Shown piece after piece: positions 60,411 to 64,000 of a DNA stretch of 64,000 nt. Location: assembly GCF_963921235.1 (NCBI RefSeq), contig NC_086108.1:22382001-22446000 (forward strand), read 5' to 3'. A program made the translations under genes and the position numbers. Below the pieces are notes generated by a model that was given only the letters and a program-made list of their open reading frames with translations, searched no databases and had not been told where the DNA came from. Numbering within the stretch: the first letter of the stretch is position 1; each line of letters starts with the position of its first letter. Source of the DNA: Mobula hypostoma (Eukaryota).

Positions 60411-61049
60411 ACATCCCTCTGCATTAAATCTCTAAGAAATTTTGCTCAGTTTGACAGATGAAGCAGAACATTTTTTTGAGTCTTAAGGAAATCCAAACAA
60501 CCATTGAGTTCCTGTAACATCAATTAAGATCTGCATCTCTAAAGTGCTTTACCTCTGTTGGTAGCTAAGTCAAGTCCAATTTTTCCATTCCAAAGACTCC
60601 ACCAAATTTGATGGTTTATTTTGAAATTTAATTTTGTCAGTGCTGTATGGGCAAAAGAAGGCTTGTCAGTAATAATTCTGGTCTTGGATGGTTACTTTAA
60701 ATATTTCTTCAAAGCAAATAAAAAATGTCTCCTCTCTTCCTTGTTCTCACCAGCTTTAGTTGGAAAACATATAACAGCAAACTGATCACAAATGAGATGC
60801 TTCCAAAAAGATCCACCTAAAAGGTATGTGAAGTACTGTAACATGCTGTACAACAAGTGTGATCAAGAGCCCTTTTGTATACTGAGGTACATGAAGACTT
60901 AAACCCTATTCATCCATGGTTAGCATTTTCATTTGTAAGTCTTTGGGACTGAAGAAGCCATGTTCTTTTTTGGCATGACTATCATTCAGCTGATAGATTG
61001 AGTCAGCCTAGTTGTTGAGAAGATGTGTTTCACATCATTCAGAGTTTCC

Positions 61050-62540
61050 TTCAGATTATTCACCAAAGCAACTGGTGTGGCAACATGGGCATGTTAGACC
61101 AGATCTATTGTAATGTTGGACTCTGGAGTCCTTCTGAGATTCCTACTATCACAGAACCCAATCTTCAGTTAATTCAATTCACTCTGTTCAATATCAAGAA
61201 ATGGCTGAGAGAATTAGACACAGGGGGAAATGGCAGCACCAGGCAATATCCCAGCTGTAATACTGATCACCTGCACTATAAAACTCGTTGCACCATTCAG
61301 CCAAATTTTTTCTGTGCTTATCTGACAACTTGGGCAACTGCTTGGCTATGTTCTGTTTGCCAACGAACAGGAAATATCTAATCCAGTATTTACCACCCAA
61401 TCACCCTACTCATCTTGCTTGTGACAATGTGACTGAAGCGTCATCCCAGTGCTATCAAGTGACACCAATAACCTACTCACTGACGTCAGTTTTTCTGTCT
61501 CAGGTCCTGTCCTCATTATTGACCTGGTTGAAATATGGACCAAAGAGCTGACTGTCAGTGGTAAAGTGAGAGTGACTTCCCATGATACAAAATGACTTCA
61601 GGAATCATTGTAAAACCGATGGTTAGAGTCATGCCTTACACAAAGCACCATCATGATGGTTGCCAGAGATTGGTCATCTCATCCCCTTGACACCTAATGC
61701 AGGAGTTCTTCCGGGAGGAATCCTAATCCTAACTGCCATCAGTAGTTATTTCAATGCCATCACAAGCGGAAATGTTCGCAGATGGTTTCAGAAAGTTCAT
61801 TTCTATTTACAACTCTTGAGCAAATGAAACAGTCTTTGCTGGCACCAGCTGGCTCTAATCAGCATTAAGGGATGGACTAAAAGTGACAAAAAGAGTATTC
61901 ACTCTACAAAAATGCGAGACACTGACCACCTCCAACAAGCAAGAATCTAATCATTCGTCCTTGTCATCATCAGGTTCCCTGGGGATGATGGGGAGTGGGG
62001 ATTCATCTGAACCAACTCCGGAAATACAAGAGCAGATCAGAGTAAGTGACTCTGTTACTGATGTCCAAAGCTTTATCACCGTCTACAAGGTGTGGAATGC
62101 TCTCTACTTGCTGGGCTGGGTGCAGCTCCAACAACATTGAACAAGCTCAATGCCATCTAGCATAAAATAGTTTGCTTGGTTGGCATCCCATCAACCACAC
62201 TAAATATTAGTTCTCTCTACCACCGACTCTCGGTGATAGCAGTGAGCACCATTTACAACATGCACTGCTATATTCACCAAGGCTACTCTGACAGCTCCTC
62301 CCAAACTCATAAGTTCTAGGACAAAGGACGAGGACAGCAGAACACCTTCACCTGCAAGTTCCTTTCCAAGTTGTACACCATCCTGATTTAGAAATATATT
62401 GCTTGTCTTTCATCATTATTGGGTCTTAATTCTGGAACTTCTAACCCACCCAAGGTGATGGCCTACCACCATGTATTCAAGGGTATTTAGGGTCGGGCGG
62501 TAAAAGCTGGCAATTCTGTGATGTGCCCATTCTAAACAAA
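61050..62540 (+). mobile_element. Ancient CR1/L2-group LINE, heavily decayed
   Basis: LQLIQFTLFNIKKWLRELDT; 3' end caccatgtattcaagggtatttaggg...gctggc is related to 19515-19600. Confidence 0.6.
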
Positions 62541-62764
62541 GAATTGATCAAGCAAACCTATATACTGATTACATATCTCATTCTTGTTGAAAATTTCTGT
62601 TCATCCACATATGTCTGGATAGTGATCAGGAGAGACTGTTTTGCTCTTACCCAGTCACCATTAAAAGGGTCACTTGTACCATTATGATATCCCTTCTTTC
62701 CTCCCCTTTGTGTGTCCTGTATGAAACTGGGACTTTAGCATATATGTGATTTGTATATTGCCAT

Positions 62765-64000
62765 TCAAGTTCAGGTTCAAGTTTATTGTCATCTAACCAT
62801 ACTTATATATTGTAGAACTGAACAAAACAATGTTCCTCTGGACGATGGTGCACCCACATGACATACATCGTACACAGCACATAATCCAAAAATATCATAC
62901 TATCAATAAGTTAATAAAAATAATTCTAAATGCATGTAGTAGAGCGCAGCACAAGTAAACAGAAAACAGCTTGCTCTACTAGTGGCGAGACCTCGATGGT
63001 GATGGGGTATTCACTAATCTCACAGCCTAAGGGAAGAAGATACTACCCAGTCCGGCACTCCTAGTCCTAATGCTTCCATACCTCCTTCCTGATGGTAGTG
63101 GGTCAAAGAGATTGTGGGATGGATGATGGGGATCCTCAATAATGCTTTCAGCCCTTCATCTGCAATGCTCCTGATAAATGTCACAAATAACGGGGAAGGA
63201 GACCCCATTGATTCTTTTGGCAGCTGTAGGGTTTTTCAGTCTGACGCCCTTAGTACCACACCATGATGCAGCTAAACAGGTCACTGTCCTTAGTGCTCCT
63301 GTAGAAGGTTGTTAGAATGGGATGGAGAGCCTTGCATACCCTCATTGTCTCCTCAGAAAGTGTAGATGCTGCTGTGCCTTCTTACTAGTGAGGAAGTGGT
63401 GTGAGTCTAGGTTAGATCAACTGTTATGTGCACACCAAAGAACTTTGTGCTCTTCACTCTCACCGTGGCAAAGGTGTTGATGTGCAATGGAGAGAAGTTG
63501 ACGCATGCCAATTGTCTTTTTTGTCTTTTTCATGTTGAGACCCAGGTTGTTGTTCTTGCACCATTTTGATAAGCCTCTCTACTTCCTCTCTGTATCCTGA
63601 CTCATTGTTGTTGATGAGGCTAACCTTTGTTGCATCATCAGTGAACTTGATGATATGGTTTGAGCTGGGTCTGGTTGTGCAGTCATAAGTCAGCAGCGTG
63701 AAAGGCAGTGGACTGAGAACATAACCCTGGAGGACATCAGTGCTCAGCGTGACGTTGGCTGCCAACTTGGACTGACTGGGGTCTTTCCACTGTAGACAAA
63801 CTGGAAGGAGTCCAATGTAGCTGGAAGATTGGAATTTATGCAATCCATCCACCAGACGTTCAAAGCACTTTATGATTGTTGAAGTCAGTGCCACTGGCCG
63901 ATAATCATTTAGGCCATTTAACGTTGCTCTCTTGGGCACTGGAATGATGGTGGCTGCCTTGAAGCCTGCAGGGACATTGGACTTTTTTAGAGAGATATTA
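62765..64000 (-). mobile_element. Rex1/Babar LINE
   Basis: [29 protein letters not shown] and IKFTDD; ttcaag-type tail. Confidence 0.9.

Noticed and set aside
1..64000. CRISPR arrays, operons, retrons or other prokaryotic systems
   Set aside because: The DNA is intron-containing vertebrate sequence, every RT belongs to a eukaryotic retroelement, and no repeat-spacer arrays were seen.

Overview
Vertebrate genomic DNA, most likely from a cartilaginous fish (ray/batoid). The taxon is inferred only from the repeat families (CR1, Rex1/Babar, Penelope, HE1-like SINE). One host gene is visible on the + strand: a torsin-1A-interacting protein (LAP1/LULL1 family, exon layout like TOR1AIP1). It has six small phase-1 exons (5785-13499) and a large terminal exon (16522-17303) encoding the transmembrane helix and luminal AAA+-like activator domain; its 5' end probably lies upstream of the window. 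The rest is a dense, nested mosaic of decayed transposons: CR1, Rex1/Babar, L1, L2-like, HERO (RLE) and Vingi-like LINEs, Penelope elements carrying minimal hammerhead ribozymes, Tc1 and hAT/Charlie DNA transposons, SINEs and a solo LTR. The most unexpected item is a decayed class III (ERV-S/ERV-L-like) endogenous retrovirus at about 46.5-49.2 kb, with an LTR, a tRNA-Ser primer-binding site and gag, pro and RT remnants. Its single LTR is also preceded by a PPT-like tract, which hints at a tandem or permuted provirus. No CRISPR, rRNA or true tRNA genes were seen, and I cannot claim a wholly new biological system. Repeat boundaries are approximate unless a TSD is given. All family assignments come from motifs recalled from memory, not from database searches.
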